From Felis catus (lineage: Eukaryota): 64,000 nucleotides of DNA. Within the stretch, counting starts at the first letter, position 1; every line of letters begins with the position of its first letter. The notes under the pieces were generated by a model. The model had not been told where the DNA came from and ran no database searches. It saw nothing but the letters and a program-made list of their open reading frames with translations. This document shows positions 24,286 through 37,857 of this stretch, in pieces. The position numbers were made by a program, and so were the translations under genes. The DNA lies in the NCBI RefSeq assembly GCF_018350175.1, contig NC_058383.1, positions 27,034,001 through 27,098,000 on the forward strand. The letters run 5' to 3'.

Positions 24286-25423
24286 ACTTGCAGCGGATGG
24301 CTGGACTGTGGAGGTGGAGGAGAGCAGGCAGAAGGAGAGAAAAGACTGGAAATGCAATGGGGAGCCTGAAGCATGCCTGGAATCTGGAGACTGCCCGAAT
24401 GGTGGTGGAGGAGATATTTCTGGGGCTTTTGAGAACGGGGCTATCGAGTATTAAATTCCTGATTGTTGGAAATGCTGTCTTGCAGTCCCTTCTCTGAAAG
24501 CACTGGTCAAGTCTTTGGTTTGTGTATCTTGGCAGTAGTATGTTGGGGAGCGGTGGGTTCGGGTGCTTCTGGTGGGGGAGGGGGGGTGTGGTACAGAAAG
24601 GAGGAAGAACCCCTGAAGAATAGAAGGGTGACCTGTAAGATGAACCAGTTCAGTGGATGTGGAACCCAGGGCTGTAGCTGACCTTGAGTGTCTCCAAGAA
24701 TCTCCAAAGGGATTGGGGGGGGGGGGGGGCAGTACTTTCTTTCCATCAGTTCAGGGTGTTGGAGAAAATCTCCCCTGGACATCAGAAGTTTAGGTGATAG
24801 TTGGCACCTTGTCATGAACAGGGGCTTAAGGAAGATACCAAGTTTCAAACAGAGAATGGTTGTGGAGACCAGATTAAATGGAGCACCCCCGAAGAAATGA
24901 GATTATGGACTCGTTCACTAAACACTGGCACACTGCCTTACGTGCCAAGCCTTTTAATCTGTGCTGAAAATTTAGACCTTAGCCCTGCCTTCCAGCTTTT
25001 TACCTCTGGGTGTGAAGGTGGTGGGGCAGACCTTTACTGACCTCCTCCCAATTGCAGATAGTGGGCTGTGTATTTCCTATGTGCTATTCTTCTAAGCTTC
25101 TCCCAGCACCTTTGTGAGGAACTATTATCCCCAACATACAGATGGGTAGGCTGAGGTCCTGAGAGGTTAAACTTGGCCCAAACCTGACTCAGCTGACCCA
25201 TAATGAAACCAGTATTTGGCCACAGGATGATCTGACTCCGAAGTTGGAGGAGGTGCTGGAAAATTCATAGCAAAGGGTTCAGTCTTGATAATTGTGATTT
25301 GAAAAAGTTCTTCCTATTCCTCCGGAGTCCCACCCAATCTGCAGTGACGGCTACCAGCCTATCTGCTGTCCATGCTTTCTAACCACGGGGCTCACCAGTG
25401 CTTTCCTCATCAGCTCTGTTTTT

Positions 25424-25434
25424 TTTTTTTTTTT

Positions 25435-25485
<51 letters not shown>

Positions 25486-25645
25486 TTTTATTACGTTTAT
25501 TTATTTTTGAGAGACAGGGCATGAGTGGGGGTGGGGCAGAAAGAGAAGGAGACAGAGAGTCTGAAGCAGGCTCCAGGCTCTGAGCTGTCAGCAAAGAGCC
25601 TGACTCAGGGCTCGAACCCACGAACCATGAGATCATGACTTGAAG
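25424..25645 (-). mobile_element. 5'-truncated SINEC_Fc with (ATTT)n tail
   Basis: Body ends at gagatcatgacttga; TSD agctc(t/c)gttttt at 25412-25423 and 25646-25657. Confidence 0.9.
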
Positions 25646-27454
25646 AGCTCCGTTTTTAGATGCAAACACACCAACTCAGCAAGGCAAGACCACCTCCTCA
25701 CAGAGGAGTTTGCTGGCCAGAGGGCTCTGGGTGGTGCTGAGGGCACAGAGCAGCAGGAAGCTCTGAGGAGACTGGGATCCCGGGAGGAGGGTATCATGGA
25801 AACGTGGAAGATGCTGCTGCTGCAGGTGAGACTCATGCACCATAATTAGTGAGGGGCAGTTACAGGGACCTTTTTAATGAGCCCTGTGCCTAGTGACAAG
25901 GAGAAAAGGAGAAATCCATCGTGTTGTCCCATGAGCACAAATACTCCACGAGTGAGGAAGTGAGGGTGAAATCAGCTGTGTTATCCATATGATATTTATT
26001 TCCAGTGATTTGCTGAAGACAGGTCCGGAACCGAACCCTTCTCCTTAAGGAATTATCTAGGAGCTGGGGGGAGGCAATATGGGCACTTGAGGAGCAGAAA
26101 CGAATCGGACTGGCAAGCCGAGAAGCCCCCTGAGCTTGGAGTTGGTGGTGGCAAGTGTATAGACATCTGTTGTTTTTGTCTCTTTCACATCATCCTCTCC
26201 CTTTGGGGAGCTGCTCCTCTTCGATTGGATCTTATGATGGAGATGGGGCGGCCAATCACAGCTTCTCACCCAATCCCCTGGCCACAGAGGTGGGCATATG
26301 ACCCAGACTCAGCCAAATACAGCCCGTTGTGTGCCTGGCCCCTGTGATAGGTGGAGGGCTAGGCATGTGCTCCCAGCTTGCCTGTGAGATCCATTTCCTT
26401 GGCAATGAGGACCAAGGATGTTGATGTTTCTGTGTTAGAATTTGAAGGACAAAGCAGCTGGGACCTGTGGGGTCGTCTTTCTCTCACGTGGCATTTGCTG
26501 TCTGGTGGGGACCATAAAATCAAACCGGGGCCAGTGGAATTGGAGAAAAAGGGGACCATAAGTATGAAGTCTCCAGTTCTGGAGTCCCCGAGGGCACTGT
26601 CATTCTTGTGTCTTGTTTTTGTACTTGGTATCTAATGCACGTCTATGAACCAATAGATTGCTCTTCTGAATAAATGCCTTTGAGTTGGCCTACTATGGCT
26701 TTCCGGTGAGAACCCTAATGCAGCTAGGATCGGTAAAAATTTATTTTGAGAGCAGCTTTTTGTAAACAGCTGGCATCTTACATGTTCTGTGCTGGGTGTT
26801 GAGTTGGAACTTGGGACTCTGTACCTACATGTCTGAACTTGACCTCAGTGGTCAGTAAGGCGCTTAACCCATTCGGTGGGTGAGGAGACTGAGCTGCTCC
26901 ATGGGAAAGAGGTGCTGTGATCACGCTGCAAATTGGTGACAGACCCAGGGCTGGAGAGCACCTGGGTCTTTTGGTTCTCATGCCAGCACTTGGCGTTGGA
27001 GGTCAGGCGACACGCAGCTTCCAGGCACAACAGTGGGGCACCCAACTAAATAGGAGCACTCAGGGTCAAGAGTCTCCAAGCCTTCACCTCCAGCCAGCCG
27101 TACCTCCTTTTAGTCTCTGTTCTGTTTCTGCCTTCCGACTTTCAAGACCAGGTGAGGTGTGAATTACACTTGCTTGGATCTCATTCTCAGAGAGAATGGC
27201 CTAGAACTGGCCTAGCTGGCCTAGAGCTCAACTTTTGGCATCCTGGCAGCAAGGCCTTCAGCCAACCATGCAAAAGGCCTCGATGCCTCCTCCAGAGGCA
27301 TGGCTTTCAAAGGGACACATACCCTGGAGCCACTGCAGGGGTCGCCTGGGGACTGGGAGTAGGGGCAGGGGCATTGCTAACACAGAGCTTCATTCCCATT
27401 TCAACTGGAGGAGCCTTCCCAACCCCCCCTTTTTTTTTGATAAAGGAGTTTGTA

Positions 27455-27648
27455 TTTGTATTTTTAAAAATGTTTATTTATTTTTGAGAGTGATCTCGAA
27501 TGGGAAAAGTACAGAGAAGGGGGGGACAGAGGATCTGAAGCAGCTCCAAGCTGACAGCAGTGGGATGCAGGTCTCGAACTGATGAATTGTGAGATCATGA
27601 TGGGAGCCAAAGTTGGCAGCTCAACTGACTGAGACACCCACATCCCCA
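27455..27648 (-). mobile_element. Diverged CAN-SINE
   Basis: atgtttatttatttttgagag...gagatcatga...aactgactgag body. Confidence 0.8.
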
Positions 27649-28259
27649 GTTTTTAATTCTCTTTTATATATTGGCACTTAATGTGCAGTTCTGTTTGAAA
27701 AACGGTTCTGTTTAAAACACAGGACAAAACCTCCTGAAAACCATTAATCCAATGAACTTGAACCAACCACTACTATTCTCTGAACAAAAGGTGACATGTG
27801 ACAGGACAGATAAATCAAGAAAAACATTCCGGCCAACCTTTTCATGAAGAAGGCCCAGAAACGTCTTTAATGAAGGGAAAAAAGAATCAGTGTTGACTTT
27901 ACAGTGACCCATGTTTTGCAAAATTTTATTAAATATTGGCTCTCAAGACCGCATCTTGGACAAATGACCTCATCATGTCCATATATTAATTAAGACATAC
28001 GGCCTCATTCTCTTGTTCATTCACTAAATACTCTGAGTACCCATGGCGTGGGCTTACTGTGTGAAGTGCTGTGAACACCATAGTGAGTAAGACTTCCATG
28101 ATCTTTCCTCCTGTGGAGAGTGTAGAAGGTTTTCCTCCCCCTTGCAGGCAGACTCTCTTTTTGAGAATGTCTCTTTGGGCAAATGCAGATGGAAAAAGGG
28201 TTTTAGCAAATGGATCTGGACCATCCATCTTTCCAAAATCACTTATCTTCTCTAGATGA

Positions 28260-28799
28260 TTTCTATTTTTATTGAATTCCAGTATAATTAACGTGCAGTG
28301 TTATATCAGTTTCAGGTGTACAATGTAGTGACTTAACAGTTCTATACCTTAGTGCTCATCATAAGTGCACTCTTAACCCCCTTCACCCTCCTCCCCACTG
28401 GTAACCATCTATTTGTTCTCCGTAGTTAAGAATCGGGGGTTTTTTTTTTTTTTTTGGTTGTTTTCTTTTTGTCTCTTTTTTTCTTTGTTTTGTTTCTAAA
28501 ATTCCATATAGGATTGAAATCATATGGTATTAGTCTTTCTCTGACTTAATTCACTTTGCATTATACCCTCCGGATTCATCCATGTTGTTGCGAATGGCAA
28601 GATTTCCCTTTTAAAAAAATTAATTTTTAGTTTTTAAATGTTTTTAAGTAGGCTTCATGCACAGTGTGGAGCCCAATGTGGGGCTTGAACTCATGACCCT
28701 GAGATCCAAGACCTGAGCTGAGATCAAGAGTTGAATGCTTAACCCACTAAGCCACCCACGTGCCCCAACATTTCATTTTTAATTACTGAGTAGTATTCC

Positions 28800-28834
<35 letters not shown>

Positions 28835-30976
28835 ATATACATACACACACCACATTTTCTTTCTCCATTCATTTATCATTGGATACATGGGCTCCTTCCA
28901 TATCTAGGCTATTGTAAATACTGCCGCAATACACACAGAGGTGCATATATCCTTCTGATTAATGCTTTTGTATTCTTTGGGTAAATACCCAATAGTATGA
29001 TTACTGGATCATAGAGTAGTTCTATTTTCAATTTTCTGAGGAATCTCCTACTGCTTTTCACAGTGGTGGTGCCAGCTTATATTCCCAATAGTAGTGCATG
29101 AGGGTTCCTCTTTCTCCACATCCTCACCAACATCTGTTGTTTCTTGTGTTTTTGATTTTAGCCATTCTGACAAGTGTGAAGTGACCTCTCATTGTAGTTT
29201 TGTTTTTTCATTTCCCTGATTATGAGTATCTTTTCATATGTCTGTTGGCTACCTGGATGTGTTCTCTGGAGAAATGTCTGTTCATGTCTTCTGTACATTT
29301 TGGATTGCATTATTTGGGTTTTTGGGTGTTGTATAAGTTCATATGTTTTGAATACTAACCCTTTATTGGATATGCCATTTACAGATATCTTCTTCATTTT
29401 CTTTGCTGTGTAGAACTTTTTTTAATTTGATGTATTCCCAATAATTTTGCTTTTGTTTCCCTTGCTTCAGGAGACCTATCTAGAAAAATGTTCTTACAGC
29501 TAATGTCAGAGAAATTATTGCCTGTGCTCTCTTTTAGTATTTCTATGGTCTGAGGTCTCACATTTGGATTCTTAATTCGTTGTGAGTTTGTGTCTGGTGT
29601 AAGAAAGTGGTCCAGTTTCATTCTTTTGCATGTAGCTGTCCAGTTTTCCCAACATCATTTGTTGAAGAGACCATCTTTTTCCTGTTGCATATTCTAGGTT
29701 CTCTTGTCGAGGATACATTGACCATAACACTGTGGATTTATTTCTGGGATTTGTACTCTGTTCCGTTGACCTATGTGTCTGTTTTTATGCCAGTACCATA
29801 CTATTTTGATTACTACAGCATGATAGGGTATCTTGCAATCGAGGATTGTGTTACTTCCAGATTTGTTCTTCATTTTCAAGATTACTTGGGCTACTTGGGG
29901 TCCTGTGTGGTTCTGGACAAATTTTAAGATTGGTGGCTCTAGATCTGTAAAAAATGCTATTGGCATTTTGATAGAGATTGCATTAAATCTGTAGATTGCT
30001 TTCGGTGGCGTAGACTTTTTAACAACAATTGTTCTTCCAAGGTATGGAGTGTCTTTCCCTTTCTTTGTGTCATTTTTTATTTTTTTCATTGGTGTTTTAT
30101 AGCTTTCAGAGTACAGGTCTATCACCTCTTGGTTAAGTGTATTCCTAGGTATCTGACAATTTGTTTTTTTTCAAGAGAACTCACATGTGCATGAGGGGGG
30201 AAGGAACAAAGGGAGAGAGGGAGAGAGAATCTTAAGCAGGCCCCATGCGCAGTGCGCCAAGTGCTCTGAGGGGCTCGATCTCATGACTGTGAGATCATGA
30301 CCTGGGCCAAAATCAAAAGTTGTATGCTTAACCAACTGAACCACCCAGGTGCCCTGGTATCTTACTATTTTTGGTGCAACTGTAAATGGTAAAACTGTAA
30401 TTTCTCTTTCTGCTGTTTCATTTTTAGTGTATAGAAATTCAGTGGATTTCTACACTTTGATTTTATATCTTGCGGCCTTCCTGAATTCATTTATCAGCTG
30501 AAGTAGTTTTTTTGGTGGAGTCTTCAGGGTTTTCTGTATATAGTATCATGTTATTTGCATGTAGTGAAAGTTTTACTTCTTCCTTACCAATTTGGATACC
30601 TTTTGTTAATTTTTTTTCTCTGATTTCTCTGGCTAGGACTTCCAGTACTGTGTTGAGTAAACGTGGTGAGAGTTGACATCCTTGTCTTATTTCTTACCTT
30701 AAGGGGTAGAGCTCTCAGTTTTCCCCATTATGGATGTTTGCTTGGGTTGTTTTGTATGTGGTCTTTATTATGTTGAGATATATTCTCTCTAAACTTACTT
30801 TGTTGAGGGTTTTTAGCATGAATAGTTGTTGTACTTTGTCAGATGCCTTTTTTGCATTTATTGAAACGATTATATGGTTTTTATACTTTGTTACTAATGT
30901 GATGTATCACATTGATTGATTTACAAATGTGGAACAACCCTTGAAAACCAGGAAGAAATCCCATCTGGTCAGGATG
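28260..30976 (-). mobile_element. Older carnivore L1, 3' part (3' UTR and ORF2 C-terminal part), with SINEs at ~28610-28766 and ~30163-30355 and (TG)n at 28802-28832
   Basis: ORF2 fragments KAIYRFNAISIKMP, VIKIVWYWHKNRHI and MKLDHFLTP; T-rich tail near 28260. Confidence 0.9.
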
Positions 30977-30988
30977 AATGATTTTTTT

Positions 30989-33900
30989 TTCTGGGCTAAA
31001 GTTCAGTTTATTTTTATTTATTTAATCTTAGTTTTTAATTTATATCCAACTTAGCATATAGTGCTATAATGATTTCAGGAGTAGATTCCAGTGATTCATC
31101 CCCTGTGTATAATACCCAGTGCTTATCCCAACTGGGTATTCACTGGAGAATACCCAGTGTTCTCCCTAATGCCCCTTACCCATTTAGCCCATTCCCCCAA
31201 CCACAACCCCTCCAGTAATCCTCAATTTGTTCTCTGTATTTAAGAGTCTCTTATATTTTGTCCCCCTCCTTGTTTTTATATTATTTTTGCTTCCCTTCCC
31301 TTATGTTCATCTGTTTTGCATCTTAAAGTCCTCATATGAGGGAAGTCATATTTGTAGTTCTCTAATTTTGCTTAGCATAATACTCTCTAGTTCCATCCAC
31401 ATAGTTACATATGGCAAGATTTCATTCTTTTTGATTGCTGAGTAATACTCCATTGTATATACATACCACATCTTTATCCATTCATCTGTTGATGGACATT
31501 TGGGCTCTTTCCATCCTTTGGTTATTGTCGAAAGTGCCGCTATAAACATTGGGGTGCATGTGCCCCTTCGAAACAGCACACCCCTATCCCTTGGATAAAT
31601 ACCTAGTAGTGCAGTTACTGGGTCATAGCGAAGTTCTATTTTTAGTTTTTTGAGGAACCTCCATACTGTTTTCCAGAGGGGCTGCACCAGCTTGCATTCC
31701 TACCAGCAATGCAAAAGAGATCCTCTTTCTCTGCATCCTCGCCAACATCTGTTGTTGCCCGAGTTGTTAATGTTAGCCATGCTGACAGGTGTGAGGTGGT
31801 ATCTCATTGTGGTTTTGATTTGTATTTCCCTGATGATGAGTGATGTTGAGCATTTTTCATGTGTCAGTTGGCCATCTGGATGTCGTCTTTGGAGAAATGT
31901 CTATTCATGTCTTTTGTCCATTTCTTCATTGGATAATTGATTTTTTTGGGTGTTGAGTTTGATAAGTTCTTTGTAGATTTTGGGTACTAACCCTTTATCT
32001 GATATGTCGTTTGCAAATATCTTCTCCCATTCTGTAGGTTGCCTTTTAGTTTTTCTGACCGTTTCCTTCACTGTGCAGAAGGCTTTTATCTTGATAAGTT
32101 CCCAATAGTTGATTTTTCACTTTTGTCTCCCTTGCCTCCAGAGACATGTTGGGTAAAAAGTTGCCGAGGCCAAGATCAAACAGGTTTTTGCCTGCTTTCT
32201 CCTTGAGGATTTTGTAAGCTTCCTGTCTTATGTTTAGGTCTTTCATCCATTTTGAGTTTATTTTTGTGTCTGGTGTAAGAAAGTGGCCCTGGTTAATTTT
32301 TCTGCATGACGCTGTCCAGTTTTCCCAGCATCATTTGCTGAAGAGACTGTCTTTATTCCATTGGATATTCTTTTTTTCTTAGGTCAAAGATTAGTTGGCC
32401 ATACATTTGTGGGTCCATTTCTGGGTTCTCTATTCTGTTCCATTGGTCTGAGTGTCTGTTTTTATGCCTGTACCATACTGTCTTGATGATGACAGCTTTG
32501 TAATACATCCTGAAGTCCAGGATTGTGATGCTTCCAGCTTTGGCTATTCAGGGTCTTTTCTGGTTCCATACAAATTTTAGGATTGTTGGTTCTAGCTCTG
32601 GGAAGAATGCTGGTGTTATTTTGATAGGGATTGCATTGAATATGTAGATTGCTTTGGGTAGTATTGATATTTTAACAATATTTGTTCTTCCAATCCTGGA
32701 GTATGGAATATTTTTCCATTTTTTTTGTGTGTCTTCTTCAATTTCTTTCATAAGCTTTCTATGGTTTTCCGTGTATAGATTCCTTACCTTTTTGTTAAGT
32801 TTATTCCCAGGTATTTTATAGTTTTTGGTGCAATTGTAAATGGGGTTGATTCCTTGATTTCTCTTTCTGTTGCTTCATTATTGGTGTATAAGAATGCAAC
32901 CTATTTCTGTGCATTGATTTTATATCCTGCGACTTTGCTGAATTCACAGATCAGTTCTAGCAGTTTTTTGGTGGAATCTTTTGGATTTTCCACATACACA
33001 TAGAGTATCATGTCATCTGTGAAGAGGAAAAGTTTGACTCCCTCCTTGCCAATTTGGATGCCTTTTATTCCTTTGGCTGTCTGACTGATGAGGCTAGGAC
33101 TTGCGACACTGTTGACTAACAGTGGCGAGAGTGGACATCCCTGTTGTATTCCTGACCTTAGGGGGAAAGTTCTTAGTTTTTCCCCATTGAGGATGATATT
33201 AGCGGTGGGTCTTTTATATATGGCTTTTATGATCTCGCAGTATGGTTCTTGAGGGTTTTTATCAAGAAAGGATGCTGTATTTTGTCAAATGCTTTCTCTG
33301 AATCTATTGAGAGGATCATGTGGTTCTTGTCCTTTCTTTTATTGATTTGAAGTATCACATTGATTGTTTTGTGGATACTGAACCAGCCCTGCATCCCAGG
33401 TATAAATCCCACTTGGTTGGTGAATAATTCTTTTAGTGTTTTGTTGGATCCGGTTTGCTAGTAGTATCTTGTTGAGGGTTTTTGCATCCATGTTCATTAG
33501 GGACATTGGTCTGTAGTTCTCCTTTTTAGTGGGGTCTTTGGTTTTGGAATCAAGGTAATGCTGGCTTCATAGAATGAGTTTGGAAGTTTTATTTCCATTT
33601 CTATTTCTTGGAACAGCTTCAAAAGAATAGGTGTTAATTCTTCTTTAAATGTTTGATAGAATTCCCTTGGAAAGCCATCTGGCCCTGGACTCTTGTTTTC
33701 TGGGAGATTTTTGATTACTAATTCGATTTCTTTACTGGTTATGGATCTGCTCAAATTGTCTATTTCTTCGTGTTTCAGTTTTGGTAGTTCATATTTTCTA
33801 GGAATTTGTCCATTTCTTCCAGATTGCCCATTTTATTGGCATATAATTGTTCATAATACTATTGTTTTTATTTCTGCTGTGTTGGTTGTGATCTCTCCTC

Positions 33901-34022
33901 TTTCATTCTTGATTTTATTTATTTAGGTTCTTTACTTTTCCTTTTGATCAAACTGGCTAGGGGTTTATCAATTTTGTTAATTCTTTCAAAGGACCAGCTC
34001 CTGGTTTCATTGATCTGTTACG

Positions 34023-34064
<42 letters not shown>

Positions 34065-37000
34065 CCCTGATAGCATTGATTTCTGCTTGAATCTTTATTA
34101 TTTCCCATCTTCTGCTGTTTTGCGGTTTTATTGGATGTTCTTTTTCCAGCTCTTTAAGGTGTAAGGTTAAGTTGTGTATCTCAGACCTTTCTTCCTTCTT
34201 TAGGAAGGCCTGGATTGCTATATACTTCCCTCTTAGGACTGCTTTTGCTGTGTCTCAGAGGTTTTGGACTGTGCTATTACCATTTTCATTGGTTTTCATG
34301 TACTTTTTAATTTCCTTTTTAACTTCTTGGTTAGCCCATTCATTCTTAGTAGGGTATTCTTTAGTTCCCAAGTATTTTTTGTCTTTCCAAAATTTTTCTT
34401 GTGGTTGATTTCAAGTTTCATAGCATTGTGGTGTGAAAATATGCATGGTATGATCTCGATTGTTTTGTACTTGTTGAGGCCTGATTTGTGTGCCAGTATG
34501 TGACCTGTTCTGGAGAATATTCCATGTGCACTTGAGAAGAATGTGTATTCTGCTTTAGGATGAAATACTCTGAATCTATCTGCTAAATCCATCCGATCCA
34601 GTGTGTCATTCAAAGCCATTGTTTCTTTGTTGATTTTCTGTTTAGATGATCTGTCCCTTGCTGTACGTAGGTCGTGGAAGTCATCTATTGTGTTATTATC
34701 AATGAGCTTCTGTATGTTTGTGATTAATTTATTTATATATTTGGGTTCTTCCACTTTTGGAGCATAAGTCTTTACAATTGTTAGATTATCCTGGTGGATA
34801 GACCTCTTAATTAAGATACAATGCCCTTCTTCATCTCTTGTTACAGTCTTTATTTTGAAATCTAGATTGTCTGATGTTAAGTATCACTACTGTGGCTTTC
34901 TCTTGGAGACTACTTGCATAATAGATGGTTCTCCATCCCCTTACTTTCGATCTGAAGGTGTCTTTAGGTCTAAAGTGGGTCTCTTGTAAACAGCATACAG
35001 ATAGATCTTGTTCTGTTATCCATTCTGTTACCCTATGTCTTTTTATTGGAGTGTTTAGTCCATTGACGTTTAGAGTGAGTACTGAAAGATACGAATTTAT
35101 TGCCATTATATTCCCTGTAGAGTTGGAGTTTCTGGTGGTGTTCTCTGGTTCTTTCTTTTTTTTCCCCCCGTTTATTTTTGAAGGAGAGAGAGTATGAGTG
35201 GTGGAAGAGCAGAGAGGGAGACACAGAATCTGAAGCAGTCTCCAGGCTCTTGAGACAAAATTGGATGTTTAACTGACTCAGCCACCCAGGCTCCCCTGGT
35301 CCTTTCTAGTCTTTGTTGCTTTTGCTCTTTGTTTTTTGTTTTTGTCTTTTCTCCCCTCAGAGAGTCGCCCTTAAAATTTCTTGCAGGTCTGGTTTAGTGG
35401 TCATGAACTCCTTTAGTTTTAATTTATTTGGGAAAATTTTTCTCTCTCCTATTTTGAATGACCTTGTTGCTGAATAAAGAATTCTTGGATGCATATTTTC
35501 CCATTTCACCACATTGAATATATCCTGCCACTCCTTTCTGGCATGCCAAGTTTCTGTGATTAGGTCTGCCTTGAACCTGATCTGTGTTCCCTTGTAGGTT
35601 AAGGATTTTTTTTCCCTTGCTGCTTTAATGATTCTGTCCTTGCCTGAGTATTTTGTGAATTTGACTATGATATGCCTTGTCGATGGTCGGTTTTTGTTGA
35701 ATCTAATGGGATTTTTTTGTGCTTCTTGGATTTTGATAGCTGTGTCTTTCCCCAGGTTAGGAAAGTTTTCCACTATGATTTGCTCACCTAAACTTTCTAC
35801 CCATTTTTCTCTCTGTTCATCTTATGGGACCCCTATAATTCAGATGTTATTCCTTTTTAATTAGTCACTGAGCTCTTTATTTCTTAAAGCGTGCTCTTTT
35901 GCCTTAGCTTCCCTCTTTTTTTTTTCCTGCTTCATTATTCTCCATAAGTTTGTCCTCTGTATCACTGATTTGCTGCTCTGCTTCATCCATCCTTGCTGCG
36001 GTGGCATCCATTTGAGATTGCAGCTTAGGTATAGCATTTTTAATTTTGTCCTGACTGGATTTTACTTCTTTCATATCTATAGAAAGGGATTCTCTGCTTT
36101 TTTCAACTCCAGCTAGTATTCTTACTATCATGATTCTAAATTCTGGTTCAGACATCTTGCTTCTGTCTGTGTTAAGTCCCTGGTTGTCATTTCCTCCTGT
36201 TCTTTCTTTGGGGGTGAATTCCTTTGTTTTGTCATTTTGAGGGAAGAAAAAAAAATCAATAAAATAAATAAACAAAATAGAAGCTAAAAAGTTAAAAACA
36301 ACACAAACTTAATAAAGGATGCTAGCACCTACGTGTGTTTTTTTTCTGGTTGTTGAAAGAAGCTTGATAGAGAAAAAAGGGAAGGAAAAGATAAGAAAAA
36401 GGAAAAAGAACATGTTTGAAAAAACCCGAATAAGGTAAAATAAAATGAAATGATGAAAGTAAAATAGAATTTAAAAAACTTACAAAAATGTAAGAAATAT
36501 AACAGAAAAAAATTCGTTCTTATAAAAACGGAAAATAAAAACATTTTCTTCATTTTTTTGTATTCAAGAATAAGAAAAGAAAAAAATATTGAATAGATGG
36601 ATCTGGGAACAGAATGAAATACGATTGAAATTCCATCCAGTTTCCCCTAGAAGTCAAGCCATGAAACATTTTATAGTCAGTAAACTAAGCAGGCGGAGAG
36701 ATGTGTGGTGTTCCTCTAGAGCAAGTTGGCTCAGTTGGGTGGGGCTTGGTGTAGTGCCTTCATTCTCCACTATATGGTGTTACTTAGTTTACTGGGATGG
36801 ATCATTGTGGTTCTAATGGCACGTGTGTGCATGTGTGGGAGGAAGAGGTGAGAATGGCATCACCCAGCTACCCTTTCTCTAGTATCAGAACTCTGTGCTC
36901 TTGCCTACCAGCAGTCAAACACCCCTCCTTTGTCTCCAGCTTCCATTCACGCCCCCATTCTACAATGTCCATGACCAAGCCATCGGCCTGCCAGGCAACA

Positions 37001-37845
37001 CCTCCCTCCTGAATTTTATCTCAGATGGGTCTGTGTTTCCAAACACACCCACCTCCTGGTATGTTCATGTGACTCTGCTGCTGCTGATGCCCAGAGACTG
37101 TGGCCAGGTGCCAGCTCATCCCAGAAAAAGTTGGTGCGATCATGTAGCAGCAGTGTTTCAGGGATTTTGGTAAATTAGAACACCCATCTGCCACTAGGCT
37201 TCACCCTTAATGTCCTTGTTCCAACACCAGCAAATGTGTCTATTGTCTGGGGTCCCCTGGGACGTTTTTCTGTGTGGAGACCAAACAGCCTCTCCCAAAT
37301 GTCCTCTCAGGAGGGAACTGCCTCTCCCTGTGTGGCCTGAGGACCTTTTGGATCTTGCACTATGCTCCTAGGGATTCACCTTTCCTACCAGAGCTTCACC
37401 AGGTATCGAGCTGCAGTTTAACTCTGTGCTCCACTGTTTATAGCATCTTAATAGAATTTAAACCCTCTTCTTTCTCCTTTCTCTCCCCTTTTTTTGTTCA
37501 GTCTCTTGGAGTCCCTTTCTCCCTTTTTTTGTTCAGTCCATTCTTTCTCTTTCTCTCCAGCTGCTTTCAGGCGGGTGGTGCTTTTCCCATACTCTCCCCC
37601 CTGTCTCTGCCCTCTCTTCATAAGCAGAAATAGCTCCCTACCCTCTGCAGCTTCTCTCTCCCCCACTTCACCTCTCTATGCTGTGTACCTGCTGAGTTCT
37701 GTGACTGAAGTTGTTTAGATTGTTGTGTTAATCATCAAATCAGTTTCCTAGGTGTGAAAGATGATTTGGTGTTGACCTAGCTGCATTTCAGTGATGAGAG
37801 AGAAAAAAAAATCCCATACTGCTCCACCATCTTGGACCCACCTCA
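30989..37845 (-). mobile_element. Near full-length, decayed felid L1 (~6.9 kb) inserted into the older L1
   Basis: ORF1 (ENFPNL..IQEAQ..P.RFN..RHIIVKF) and ORF2 EN/RT fragments ([63 protein letters not shown]); 5' end gaggtgggtccaagatggtggag; TSD AATGATTTTTTT at 30977-30988 and 37846-37857. Many frameshifts; partial SINE at ~35155-35296; (TG)n at 34024-34062. Confidence 0.93.
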
Positions 37846-37857
37846 AATGATTTTTTT

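Noticed and set aside
30989..37845. Active, retrotransposition-competent L1
   Set aside because: ORF1 and ORF2 are broken into many short frames, with a SINE and a microsatellite inserted.
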